Source of the DNA: an uncultured delta proteobacterium
GTDB taxonomy: Bacteria; Myxococcota_A; Polyangia; Polyangiales; JAFGIB01
Direction: 5' to 3'
DNA: 64,000 bases
NCBI GenBank assembly: GCA_963778655.1
Contig: CAVZVA010000005.1
Span: forward strand, 704,001-768,000
The translations under genes and the position numbers were made by a program. A model generated the notes under the pieces. The model was not told the origin of the DNA. It ran no database searches and saw only the letters and a list, made by a program, of their open reading frames with translations. This document shows positions 37,111-47,513 of the stretch, in pieces; the first letter of the stretch is position 1, and each line of letters begins with the position of its first letter.

Positions 37111-40094
37111 CGCAGCAGCTCCTCGTAGTAGCGCGCGACCGCCGCCTTGTAGTCGCCGGGCGCGGGCTCGCGCATCGCGTCGAGCAGGCGCCTGCGCATC
37201 TGCACCGGGCCGTGGAACTCGTCCGCGCCCGGAATCCGCACCTGACCTTCGATGCGCATGCCCGAGCCGTCGCCCTCACGGCTGGCGTCGCGCTCACCCT
37301 CGCCAGGCTGCGCGCCGCCGCGGCCCTTGCGCGCCAGGCGCTCCTCGAGCTGGTGCAGCCGCTCGCTGGCGTCCTGCTGCTCGAGCGCGGAAGTCTGCGG
37401 ATCACCCCGCTCGAGCGCGTGCTCGGCACGCCGCATCGCGTCGCTGGCGCCTTCCAGGCCGTGCTCGGCGTCGGGCGAGAGCGGCGTGCCGTCCGGCCCC
37501 TTGCCGAGCTGTCCCTGCAAGCTCTCGGCCTGCTTTCGCGCTTGCTGCTGCGGATCGAGATCCGCGCGCATCTGCTCCCGATCGCCCTCGCCGACGAAGC
37601 GCCCCAGCTGCGGCGTCGCCTGATCGATCTGCCGTTGCAGCTTCCGCAGCTTGCCGGCAGCGGCGTGGGCCGCGTCCGCGCGCTGGGCCGCGGGGTTGCC
37701 GTGACCGGGGAACATACGCGCGTCCTGCTCCAGGCTCGAGCCGGCCTGCTCCAGGCTGCTACCGGCCGCGGCCGACATCGCGCGCGCCTCGGCCATGTCC
37801 CCGGTGCGCATCGCGTCGGCCGCATCCTTCATGCGCGCCCGTGCGCGGTCGAGCCAGGGCGCCTCGGGGCCGCCCTGGTCGGTGTCGTGAAGCGCTTGCA
37901 GGTCGCGCTCCAGCTCGTCGGCCGCGCGCTGCATCTCCTGGCTCGCGTTCGCATCGCCGCTCTGGCTTCGGGCGCGCGCCGCGGCGCGCTTGACCAGCTC
38001 GTGGCTGCGCTCGGCCAGCCGCGCCTGCTCGGCGGCCAGCATGCTGACCTTCTGCCGGGCCGCGGCCAGCGCGCGATCGCGCGCGCCGAAGTGCGCCTCG
38101 CGAAAGCGCGCCCCGCCGCTCTCGATGTGCTCGGACATCTGGTCGAGCTGCTGTCCGAGCGCCGCGAGCTGGCGTTCGGCCGCGTCGAGGTCGCCCGCCT
38201 CGACCGCGGCGCGCAGCTCCTCGAGCGCGTTCTTGGCGTCGCTCTGCGGCAGCGCCTCGCGGTTGATGAACTCGCTGGGCACACGGTTGCTGAGGCGTGC
38301 GAGGCTCTGCCCCAGCTCGCGCAGGCGGCGCTGGGCCTTGGCGATCTCGGCCAGCAGCGCGCGCTGCGCCTCCGGGCTGTTGTGCGCCTTGAGCTGCTCG
38401 AGCAGCTCCTTGATGTGGTCCTTGAGCGCGGAAAGCTCGTGCGTCAGGTTGCGCGCCTCATCGACCAGTCCCTGCGCCAGCATGTCCGAGAGCAGCAACA
38501 CGTCGCGCTCGTGCTCGGCCACCACGCGCGCGTCGGCCTCGGTCCGCTGCTTCTGCGCGTGCCCGCCCCCGTGGTAGAGGCTGGCCTCGCGCCGCAGCTC
38601 GTGGCGGGTGCGATCGAGGATGCCCTGGAGCTGCTCGGCGTCGAGCCCGCGCTGCTCGCGGTGCTGGCGTGCCGCCGCGATCAGCTGCTGCAGGCTGCCC
38701 AGCCAGCCTTCGCTGCCCCCGCGCAGCTCTTCGGCGCGCTGCTCGGCTTGCGTCGCCTGCGCCGGCAGCGCGGTCTCAAGTCGATCGGCCAGCGCGCCGA
38801 GCGCGCCGTCCAGCACCTCGCGCAGCAGCGGCAAGCGCAGCGAAAGTTGCTCGGCGTCGGTCGCGATCTCGAGGCTGATCGACTTCGACTCGGTCACGTT
38901 CGGCCCCGACACCACGTCGCCGTCGCGCGCCTCCAGCCACAGCAGCAGCACGTCGCCGGGCCGCGCGCCGATCTCCGCCGGTACCAGCTCGGTCTGGTCG
39001 TGCACGCTGCGCTGTGGCTTGTCCGAGGCCAGCGAGGACCACAGCCGCTGGCGCTGCTCGGGGCCGCCCGGAGCGCGGATCACCAGCTCCACCGCGGCCA
39101 GACCGTGGTCGTCGCCGGCGCTCCACGTAAGCGGCACTCGGTCCTGCGCCTCGACCGTGGTCAGCGGTGGCGGCTGCAGCACCGCGCTGGGCGCATGGTC
39201 CTGCACCGCGTGCACGCGCCGCGCCTGGCTGTCCTCGTACCAGTGTCCGCCGCTGTAGGCGCGCAGCGCGAGCGCGGCGTTTTCGCGCACCACGAAGCGC
39301 CCGAACAGCTTGCCGTTGGGCGCCGCGCTCAGGCGCACGTCGGTGCCGCCGAGCGCGAGCGTGCCCTGCTGGGCCGGCACGCGCAGGCCCACCAGCAGCT
39401 CGACGGTGGTGCCGCGCGGCGCTTCGATCACGCGCGGGTCGTGCAGCTCGAGCGGCTCGGCGGAGAGATAGCTCGGGTACACCAGGCGCGCGTCGAGCTG
39501 CGAGACCACGCGCGCGACGCGCAGCCCGTCGGGCCGCATGTGCGCCGGGTGGAGCAGGGCGAAGGCGCCGCCGCGCAGCGCGTCGTTGGCGCGCAGCAGC
39601 GCCGCGCTCATCGCCACGCACAGCAGCCCGAACAGCACCGGCCGCTGTTCCAACCAGCGCACCGGCACCACCTGCGAAGGCGGCAGCGCCGAGACGGCAT
39701 CGCGCACCGTGCGCGCGTGCGCGGCCACCAGCGCGGGCGAGCTCGAAAGCGACGCGTGCTGCAGCTCGAGCGTGCTGCGCGCGCGCGAAGCCAGCGCCGG
39801 CTGGCGCTCCGCCAGCAGCTCGCAGCTGCCGACGCCGCGCAGGCGGCGCAGCGGCCATAGCCCGCGCAGCAGCACCGCGCCCGCGAGCAGGCCGAGCAGC
39901 GCGAGTGCGACGTGCGAGAACACCGGGGTCACCACCGGCCCCGACAGCCCGCCCACCACCAGCAGCGACACGCTGGCCACGCCCAGCGCCGCGCAGGCCG
40001 CTCGTACCGCATGCAGCAGGGTGGCGCGCGCGCGCAGGCCGCGCAGGTACGACGCCACCGCGTCGGCTGCGTCGCGCCGGGCTTGAGTGCTCAC
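37107..40094 (-). CDS. DUF4175-like membrane-anchored long coiled-coil protein (~995 aa)
   Basis: GTG start preceded by TGcTACCTT; three N-terminal TMs, YPSY..., DDHGL, RPGDVLLLWLEARDGDVVSGPN, long Q/E/A-rich coiled coil, C-tail PAPGDYKAAVARYYEELLR. Confidence 0.82.
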   Translation of the reverse strand: MSTQARRDAADAVASYLRGLRARATLLHAVRAACAALGVASVSLLVVGGLSGPVVTPVFSHVALALLGLLAGAVLLRGLWPLRRLRGVGSCELLAERQPALASRARSTLELQHASLSSSPALVAAHARTVRDAVSALPPSQVVPVRWLEQRPVLFGLLCVAMSAALLRANDALRGGAFALLHPAHMRPDGLRVARVVSQLDARLVYPSYLSAEPLELHDPRVIEAPRGTTVELLVGLRVPAQQGTLALGGTDVRLSAAPNGKLFGRFVVRENAALALRAYSGGHWYEDSQARRVHAVQDHAPSAVLQPPPLTTVEAQDRVPLTWSAGDDHGLAAVELVIRAPGGPEQRQRLWSSLASDKPQRSVHDQTELVPAEIGARPGDVLLLWLEARDGDVVSGPNVTESKSISLEIATDAEQLSLRLPLLREVLDGALGALADRLETALPAQATQAEQRAEELRGGSEGWLGSLQQLIAAARQHREQRGLDAEQLQGILDRTRHELRREASLYHGGGHAQKQRTEADARVVAEHERDVLLLSDMLAQGLVDEARNLTHELSALKDHIKELLEQLKAHNSPEAQRALLAEIAKAQRRLRELGQSLARLSNRVPSEFINREALPQSDAKNALEELRAAVEAGDLDAAERQLAALGQQLDQMSEHIESGGARFREAHFGARDRALAAARQKVSMLAAEQARLAERSHELVKRAAARARSQSGDANASQEMQRAADELERDLQALHDTDQGGPEAPWLDRARARMKDAADAMRTGDMAEARAMSAAAGSSLEQAGSSLEQDARMFPGHGNPAAQRADAAHAAAGKLRKLQRQIDQATPQLGRFVGEGDREQMRADLDPQQQARKQAESLQGQLGKGPDGTPLSPDAEHGLEGASDAMRRAEHALERGDPQTSALEQQDASERLHQLEERLARKGRGGAQPGEGERDASREGDGSGMRIEGQVRIPGADEFHGPVQMRRRLLDAMREPAPGDYKAAVARYYEELLR

Positions 40095-40246
40095 GAGCAA
40101 AAGGTAGCAGACCGCCGGCTGGGGCGCGGGGCGGGTCGTGGTCGCGCATTTCGTGTGGCAACCCGGCGGGAAAAGCGCAATGATCGGCGCCCCGCCCCCG
40201 GTGGAGGCCGCGCCGCGGCCCGCGCGGGCGCGCAAGCAGGCGAGGC

Positions 40247-41662
40247 ATGGGCGGTTCCAGCTCCGAGGGCACGACGGTCGAAGTCGAGACGCGTTCCGAG
40301 CCGGGCGCGCGGGTCCAGGAGCAGCCCGGCGCTGCGGCAGCCCCGGCGGCGACCGCAGCAGCCGCAACCCTCGAAGCCGAGACCACACGGCTGGAGGAGC
40401 TGCTGGCAGCGCGCGCGCGCGAGCTGCTGGCGGCGCGCGGCGAGCTCGAGCGACTCCAGGGGTTGCTGCGCGACGCGCTGGCCCGGCTGGCGGGCAGCGC
40501 GGCGGGTCCGGCGGCCGCGGCCGAGCTCGCCGAGCTGGCGCGCCAGCGGGAGCTGGCGGTTAGCCGCGCGCTCGAGGCGGAGGCCGCGCGTGCCGAGGGC
40601 GCCCTGCGCCTGGACGAGCTGATGGGGCACCTGGTTGCGGCCGGGGCGAGCGACGGCGCCGAGGCGGGGGAGTCGCTGCCGCTGACCTGCGCGCGCCTGG
40701 CCGGCACGGTGCGCGGGCTACTGTCCTCGCGCGCGGAAATCGAGGAGGGCCGTGATCTGGCGCAGGCGCGGCTGGTGCTGGTCGAGCACGACCTGCAGGC
40801 GGCGGGCGAGCAGGCTCACGGGCTCGAACGGGCACTGGCTGAGACGCGCGAGCAAGTCGAGCTGGCCGGGGTCGCGCGCCGCGTTCTGGCGGTGCAAGTC
40901 GATGCCCTGGCCGGCGAGCGGGCGGGGCTGCGCGCGCGCCTGCAGGAAGCCGAGCGTGCTCAGGCCGCCGCGCAAGCCGCGGCTGCCGAGGCCCGCGGCA
41001 CGCTCGCCCAGAGCCGCGCCGAGCGGGCCGCGCTGGAGGCCGGCGCAGGTGCGGAACGCGAGCAGCTAGCGCAGAGAATTCACGAGCTTGATCAGGCGAT
41101 TACGAGAGAAAACGAGAAGACCAAGGAGGTTGCCGACGAGCTTGCGCGCAACGCCGCCGAACACCTGCTGCGCGAACGCGAGCTGGAGCGGGTGCGGGAG
41201 GAGCTGAGCACGGCACAAGCGCGCGGCGAGCAGGTCGAGCAGGGCTCACTCGTGCTCGAGCGCGACGCGGCCGCGCAGCAGCAGCGGGCCGAAGCCTTGG
41301 CCGCGGCCCTGGCCGAGCTGCGCCGCACGCTCGAGCAGCTGGGCGCCTCGCTCGAGCCGGCCCGCGCCGGGCTGCAAGCGGCGGCACCGCGCTTCGAAGA
41401 GGATGCGGCGACGCCGGCTGAGACCACCCAGCCCGGGATGCCGACTTACATCGAGGCGATCGAGGGGCTGGAAGAGCAGGTGTCCCTGCGCGATCAGCGC
41501 ATCGTAGAGCTGAGCGGTCAGCTGGCGCGCGACCGCGGCCGCCTGTCCGCGCTGCAGACCGCGCTGCGCGCGCTGCAAGGCGCCGCGAGCGAGGGGCCGC
41601 TGGCCGAGCAGCTGGAGTCCCTGCTCGCGCTGTGCGAGCGCGGCGACTCGCTCCGGCCCTGA
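40247..41662 (+). CDS. Coiled-coil hypothetical protein
   Basis: 471 aa of E/L/A/R heptad-rich sequence without TM or catalytic motif. Confidence 0.7.
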   Translation: MGGSSSEGTTVEVETRSEPGARVQEQPGAAAAPAATAAAATLEAETTRLEELLAARARELLAARGELERLQGLLRDALARLAGSAAGPAAAAELAELARQRELAVSRALEAEAARAEGALRLDELMGHLVAAGASDGAEAGESLPLTCARLAGTVRGLLSSRAEIEEGRDLAQARLVLVEHDLQAAGEQAHGLERALAETREQVELAGVARRVLAVQVDALAGERAGLRARLQEAERAQAAAQAAAAEARGTLAQSRAERAALEAGAGAEREQLAQRIHELDQAITRENEKTKEVADELARNAAEHLLRERELERVREELSTAQARGEQVEQGSLVLERDAAAQQQRAEALAAALAELRRTLEQLGASLEPARAGLQAAAPRFEEDAATPAETTQPGMPTYIEAIEGLEEQVSLRDQRIVELSGQLARDRGRLSALQTALRALQGAASEGPLAEQLESLLALCERGDSLRP

Positions 41663-41671
41663 GAGGGAGGG

Positions 41672-41705
41672 GCGACGTCCCGCACGCGAGCGCGCGGGAC
41701 GTCGC
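41672..41705. terminator. GC-rich hairpin between convergent genes (probable groEL terminator)
   Basis: GCGACGTCCCGC / GCGGGACGTCGC perfect 12-bp stem; no clear U-tract. Confidence 0.6.
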
Positions 41706-41716
41706 AGCTGGTCGAG

Positions 41717-43381
<1,665 letters not shown>

Positions 43382-43672
43382 CTACTTCTCGACCACGCCG
43401 AGGATGTCGTCCTCGCGCAGAATCAGCAGCTCTTCGCCGTTGATGGTGACCTCGCTGCCGCCGTACTTGCTGAACAGCACGCGGTCGCCGACCTTCACGT
43501 CGAGCTTGCGCACGCTGCCGTCTTCCAACACGCGGCCGGGGCCGACCGCCAGCACCTTGCCCTCAGCGGGCTTCTCCTTGGCAGTATCGGGGATGATGAT
43601 TCCCCCCTTGGTCTTCTCTTGCTCGGCGATTCGTGAAACGACAACACGGTCCTGAAGGGGACGAATGGACAT
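43382..43672 (-). CDS. groES: Co-chaperonin GroES
   Basis: [60 protein letters not shown]. Confidence 0.98.
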   Translation of the reverse strand: MSIRPLQDRVVVSRIAEQEKTKGGIIIPDTAKEKPAEGKVLAVGPGRVLEDGSVRKLDVKVGDRVLFSKYGGSEVTINGEELLILREDDILGVVEK

Positions 43673-43746
43673 TGGCTCTCTCCTCCGGGTGGGGGATCGG
43701 GCTGGCCCGCTCGTCTCGCCCCTGGCCCGACTCATTTGCGGCCGGC

Positions 43747-43774
43747 AACATAAGCTTCCGGGCCTGCCAGTCAA
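43747..43774 (-). promoter_or_regulatory. Putative sigma70-type promoter of groES-groEL
   Basis: Minus strand TTGACT-16 bp-TATGTT; no CIRCE inverted repeat seen. Confidence 0.5.
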
Positions 43775-43841
43775 GTGCCTGGATGCTTCCATTGCTCCGC
43801 CGGGAATTCCTGCGATAATCCAGGGAGCAGGGCGAGGTTGG

Positions 43842-44426
43842 ATGGCTGAAATCGAGCACTGCGCGGACGTTCGGACGTTTTTCGTCGAGCAGGTGACCGA
43901 GGCGATGCGCGAGCTGCGCGTCGAGACCGGGGAGCCCACGCAGCGCTATCTCGTCAACCTGCTGAGCGGGTTTTCAGTATCCAACAGGATACAAGCGCTT
44001 TCGGAGCCGCTCTTTGCGCTATTTCGGCGGGCGCTCGAGTCCACCGGCCCGGAGCGCCTGGCGCGCATGCGGGAGCTCGGCGACGTGGCGCTGTTCATCT
44101 GTGGCTTCTTTCCTGACAGCTTCGACCGGCGCGGCCTGAGCCGAGCGTATGTGGTCGAGCTGGGCGGACACGCCTACCTGGTCCTTGGCCAGGCCGAGAA
44201 GCGGCACGGCGGTCACGCCGAGGTGTTCGTGGAGCTGGGCGGGCGCTTTCACGACATGGCTCGCGTTCTCGACGAGGTGCGCGAGCGCACGGCGCTGTGC
44301 ACCGACGGCGAGGTGGTGCGGCTGTACGAGCGCTGGAGCGAGTCGGGCTCTCCCGCGCTGGCGCGCAGGTTGCAGCGGCGCGGCGTGCAGCCGCTACGCC
44401 GGCGCGCGGGCCGCGCGCCCAACTGA
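43842..44426 (+). CDS. Conserved-looking hypothetical protein divergent from groES
   Basis: [18 protein letters not shown]...YLVNLL...[17 protein letters not shown]...[10 protein letters not shown]...RLYERW; SD GAGG; GATAAT at ~43814. Confidence 0.8.
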   Translation: MAEIEHCADVRTFFVEQVTEAMRELRVETGEPTQRYLVNLLSGFSVSNRIQALSEPLFALFRRALESTGPERLARMRELGDVALFICGFFPDSFDRRGLSRAYVVELGGHAYLVLGQAEKRHGGHAEVFVELGGRFHDMARVLDEVRERTALCTDGEVVRLYERWSESGSPALARRLQRRGVQPLRRRAGRAPN

Positions 44427-44538
44427 CCACGCCCCCTCCCGTTCCGAATCCACCCGCAGGCTGGGACGGCGGCGTGCTTTACTCCGATCCGGCCGGTCGC
44501 TAGGATCGAAACTCTCTGCGGCGCGGCTCAAGCTCTGT

Positions 44539-46161
44539 ATGGCGCTCCTGACGATCATCTCGCCGGAAACTCCCGAGCGTTCCGTCGAGCTGGACCGCCA
44601 CAACACGCTGGGACGGCACCCGGACAACTCGATCCAGATCCTCGACCGCATCGTCTCCAAGAACCACTGCCACATCGACTTGGTCGGCGACGGGTTCGTG
44701 CTCAAGGACCTGGGCTCGCTCAACGGGACCTACGTCAACGGCGAGCGGGTCCAGAGCGAGCGCGTGCTCAAACCCGGCGACGAGGTGACGCTGGGCGGCA
44801 CCAAGCTGGTATTCGACGCCCCGGCCGCGGGCGCCGAGGCAGCGGGTGCCCTCGGCGCCACGCGCGCTGCCGGGCTGGTGACGATGGCGCCCGGCATGGT
44901 CGAGAGCCACGTCCGAGCCAAGCTGGCCCAACAGGCGGAGCAGCACTTCGTACCCGAACGGCTGGTGCAGGACGTCGCGGCGTTGCGGCGCGACTACGAG
45001 AAGCTCCGGGTCAGCTTCGAGCTCACGCGCGCGATCGCGGGCGAGCTGGACGTCGACCGGCTGCTGACCAAGATCCTGTCGACCGCGTTCGAGCTGCTCT
45101 CGGTGGACCGCGGCGTGGTGCTGCTGCTCGACGAGCAGGGCAAGCTCCTCCCGCGCTGCGTGCGCACCAAGCACGGAGACGGCACCGAGGCGGTCGCGCT
45201 GTCGACCACCATCATCAACGAGGTGCTGCGCGACCGCTCCGCGGTGCTGTCGAGCGATGCGCTGATGGACTCGCGCTTCAAGGGAGCGCAGTCGATCATC
45301 ATGCAGGGCATCCGCTCCAGCATGGCGGTGCCGCTGGTCTACTCCGATCAGCTGCTCGGGGTGATGGTGCTCGACTCGCAGGTGGCCGCCAACGCGTTCA
45401 CGGAGAAGGACCTGCAGCTGACCCAGGCGGTCGCCGACCAGGCGGCGGTCGCGATCCAGAACAGCCTGTTCGCCGCCAAGATCGAGCAGGAGGCGCTGAC
45501 GCGGCAACGCTTCCAGCGCCTGCTCTCGCCGGCCATCGCCGAGCTCGTGGTGAGCGGCGAGGTCGCGGTCGAGAAGGGCGGTCAGAGCCGCGAGACCAGC
45601 GTATTCTTCAGCGACATTCGCGGCTTCACCGCCATGAGCGAGAAACGCAGCGCCGAAGAGATCGTCGACATGCTCAACGAGTACTTCGAGCTGATGGTCG
45701 AGGTGATCTTCAAGTACGAGGGCACGCTCGACAAGTTCGTCGGCGACGAGATCATGGCGCTGTTCGGCTCGCCGGTCTCACACCCCGACGACGCCTACCG
45801 CGCGGTGAAGGTCGCGGTCGAGCAAATGGACGCGCTCGAGGAGTGGAACCTGATGCGTGTGGCCGAGGGAGAGGAGCCGATCCGCATCGGCATCGGCGTC
45901 AACACCGGACAGGTAGTGGCGGGCTATCTCGGCAGCAGCAAGGCGCTCGAGTACACCGTGATCGGAGATGTGGTGAACACCGCTTCGCGGCTGTGCTCGC
46001 GGGCGCAGGCCGGCGAGATCGTGATCAGCGCCAACACCTACGAAAAGGTCAAGAGCTACTTCAACGCGGAGGAGCTGCCCCCGGCCACGCTCAAGGGCAA
46101 GGCTCAGCCGCTCCAGATCTATCGGGTGCTAGGCGAGCGCAGCCGCCGTTCGCGAGGGTAG
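44539..46161 (+). CDS. FHA-GAF-class III adenylate cyclase
   Basis: FHA (TLGRHPDN, VSKNHC, LKDLGSLNGTYVNG), GAF (IRSSMAVPL...FTEKDLQL), cyclase (FFSDIRGFT, TLDKFVGDEIMALFG, IGIGVNTG, EYTVIGDVVNTASRL; Lys/Thr pair implies ATP substrate). Confidence 0.93.
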   Translation: MALLTIISPETPERSVELDRHNTLGRHPDNSIQILDRIVSKNHCHIDLVGDGFVLKDLGSLNGTYVNGERVQSERVLKPGDEVTLGGTKLVFDAPAAGAEAAGALGATRAAGLVTMAPGMVESHVRAKLAQQAEQHFVPERLVQDVAALRRDYEKLRVSFELTRAIAGELDVDRLLTKILSTAFELLSVDRGVVLLLDEQGKLLPRCVRTKHGDGTEAVALSTTIINEVLRDRSAVLSSDALMDSRFKGAQSIIMQGIRSSMAVPLVYSDQLLGVMVLDSQVAANAFTEKDLQLTQAVADQAAVAIQNSLFAAKIEQEALTRQRFQRLLSPAIAELVVSGEVAVEKGGQSRETSVFFSDIRGFTAMSEKRSAEEIVDMLNEYFELMVEVIFKYEGTLDKFVGDEIMALFGSPVSHPDDAYRAVKVAVEQMDALEEWNLMRVAEGEEPIRIGIGVNTGQVVAGYLGSSKALEYTVIGDVVNTASRLCSRAQAGEIVISANTYEKVKSYFNAEELPPATLKGKAQPLQIYRVLGERSRRSRG

Positions 46162-46276
46162 CTCTCAACAGGGCAGGACGCGCGTGCTGCCAAGCCGAGG
46201 CCGCAGCAGCGCACGCGGGAGCGAAGCCACACCGGCGGGCTTTGCCCGACGGCCGGGAGGGGCGCGTGCCCTCCCG
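46162..46276 (-). repeat. Single diverged relative of the 109-bp REP-like unit
   Basis: Minus strand, immediately after TGA: CGGGAGGGCACGCGCCCCTCCCG, then hairpin GCCGTCGGGC-AAA-GCCCGCCGGT, then GGCTTCGCTCCCGCGTGCGCT; same order of modules as at 8254. Confidence 0.7.
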
Positions 46277-46507
46277 TCATAGGACCAGCACGGGGGCTTC
46301 GCGGGTGAGCTCGTCGAGCAGGGCGTCGAGCTCAGGCGCGCGCGATTCCGGGGTGCACAGCGACACCACGCCGTTGCCGCTGCCGTGCAGGGAGGCGAGC
46401 CCGTCGTAGCCTTCGAGCACGCTGCGCAGCCACACCACGTCGGCGTCAGCTACGCGCAGGGTGCGCCAGCACAGACCGGGGCCGTCCAGTCGTTTGCTTG
46501 GAGACAT
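46277..46507 (-). CDS. DUF4911-like small protein
   Basis: RVADADVVWLRSVLEGYDGLASL...GVVSLCTP...LDALLDEL; TAGCCT 6 nt before the ATG. Confidence 0.75.
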   Translation of the reverse strand: MSPSKRLDGPGLCWRTLRVADADVVWLRSVLEGYDGLASLHGSGNGVVSLCTPESRAPELDALLDELTREAPVLVL

Positions 46508-46646
46508 AGCCGCAGGCTACAACGAGGCCGGGCCGAGCGCCGCGTGCCCACGCCGTTTCCGCGGCTTTTTTGACCACGCAGGAAGCGCCTCCGTACGATC
46601 GCGTCGCTGTGGTGTGCAAGCGGCCGACAAGCTCGAGGTATTCGAC

Positions 46647-47513
46647 GTGACGAACGCGGCGCGCTGGCTGTTGCTCGCGTTGTGGCTCGGCGGCTGCGCA
46701 GGTGCAGCCGCTGTGCAGCCGACCGGCACCGTCCCCGGCGCCCAGCAGGAGTCGCCGGTCGAGCAGCTGGCGCGCCGCTGCGACGACGACGAGCAGCGCA
46801 TCTCGGAGCTCGAGGCGCGGCTGGCTCTGCTCGAAAAGGAGAGCCACGACTGGCGCGAGCAAGCCGCGGCGAAGATCAGCGAGACGGTGCACATCGGCAA
46901 GCGGCATCGCGAGCAGGAGGAGGCCTCCGATTCGGATCCGGAGGCAGAGCCCGCCCGCGGGCGCTCCCGCGAGGCGGACCGCACCCCGGTGCAGGTCGTG
47001 CGCCTGTACGAACAGCCGCGCGAGCCGCAGCCCTCCGTGGCGCTGCCGGCACCGCCGCCCGGCGTGCCGGCGCGGCTACCCGTGGTGCCCTTGCCCGCGG
47101 CACGCAACGCTGCGGCCGTCGCGGCCGCGGCCGCAGGCGTCGATGCCGAGCAGCGGGAAGCCTACCGCGCGGCTTTGCGGCTGGTCCACGAGCGACGCTG
47201 GGACGATGCGCTAGAGGCCCTGGCCCGCTTTGCGGATCGCTATCGCGAGGGCAGCCTGGCCGCGGGCGCCACCTACTGGCAAGGAGAGATCCACTACGCG
47301 CAGCGCCAGTACGCCGATGCCCTGGTCGCATTCCAGGCCTTGCTGTCGCGCTTTCCCGCCAGCCTCAAGGCGGCCGACGCCTTGCTCAAGGTCGGCCTGT
47401 GTCACATGAGACTCGGCGACCAGGCGATGGCGGAGCGATATTTTCGGCAGGTGCGCGAGCAATACCCCAGCAGCGATGCGGCGCGCATCGCCTCCCGGGA
47501 GGGATCTTCATGA
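46647..47513 (+). CDS. ybgF: CpoB/YbgF-like TPR lipoprotein
   Basis: SD GAGG plus GTG, lipobox LGGC, N-terminal coiled coil, C-terminal ATYWQGEIHY...FPASLKAADALLKVG...QYPSSDAA. No tol-pal genes adjacent. Confidence 0.7.
   Translation: MTNAARWLLLALWLGGCAGAAAVQPTGTVPGAQQESPVEQLARRCDDDEQRISELEARLALLEKESHDWREQAAAKISETVHIGKRHREQEEASDSDPEAEPARGRSREADRTPVQVVRLYEQPREPQPSVALPAPPPGVPARLPVVPLPAARNAAAVAAAAAGVDAEQREAYRAALRLVHERRWDDALEALARFADRYREGSLAAGATYWQGEIHYAQRQYADALVAFQALLSRFPASLKAADALLKVGLCHMRLGDQAMAERYFRQVREQYPSSDAARIASREGSS

Noticed and set aside
43673..43841. CIRCE element or RNA thermometer upstream of groES
   Set aside because: No CIRCE inverted repeat; the leader hairpin does not cover the SD.
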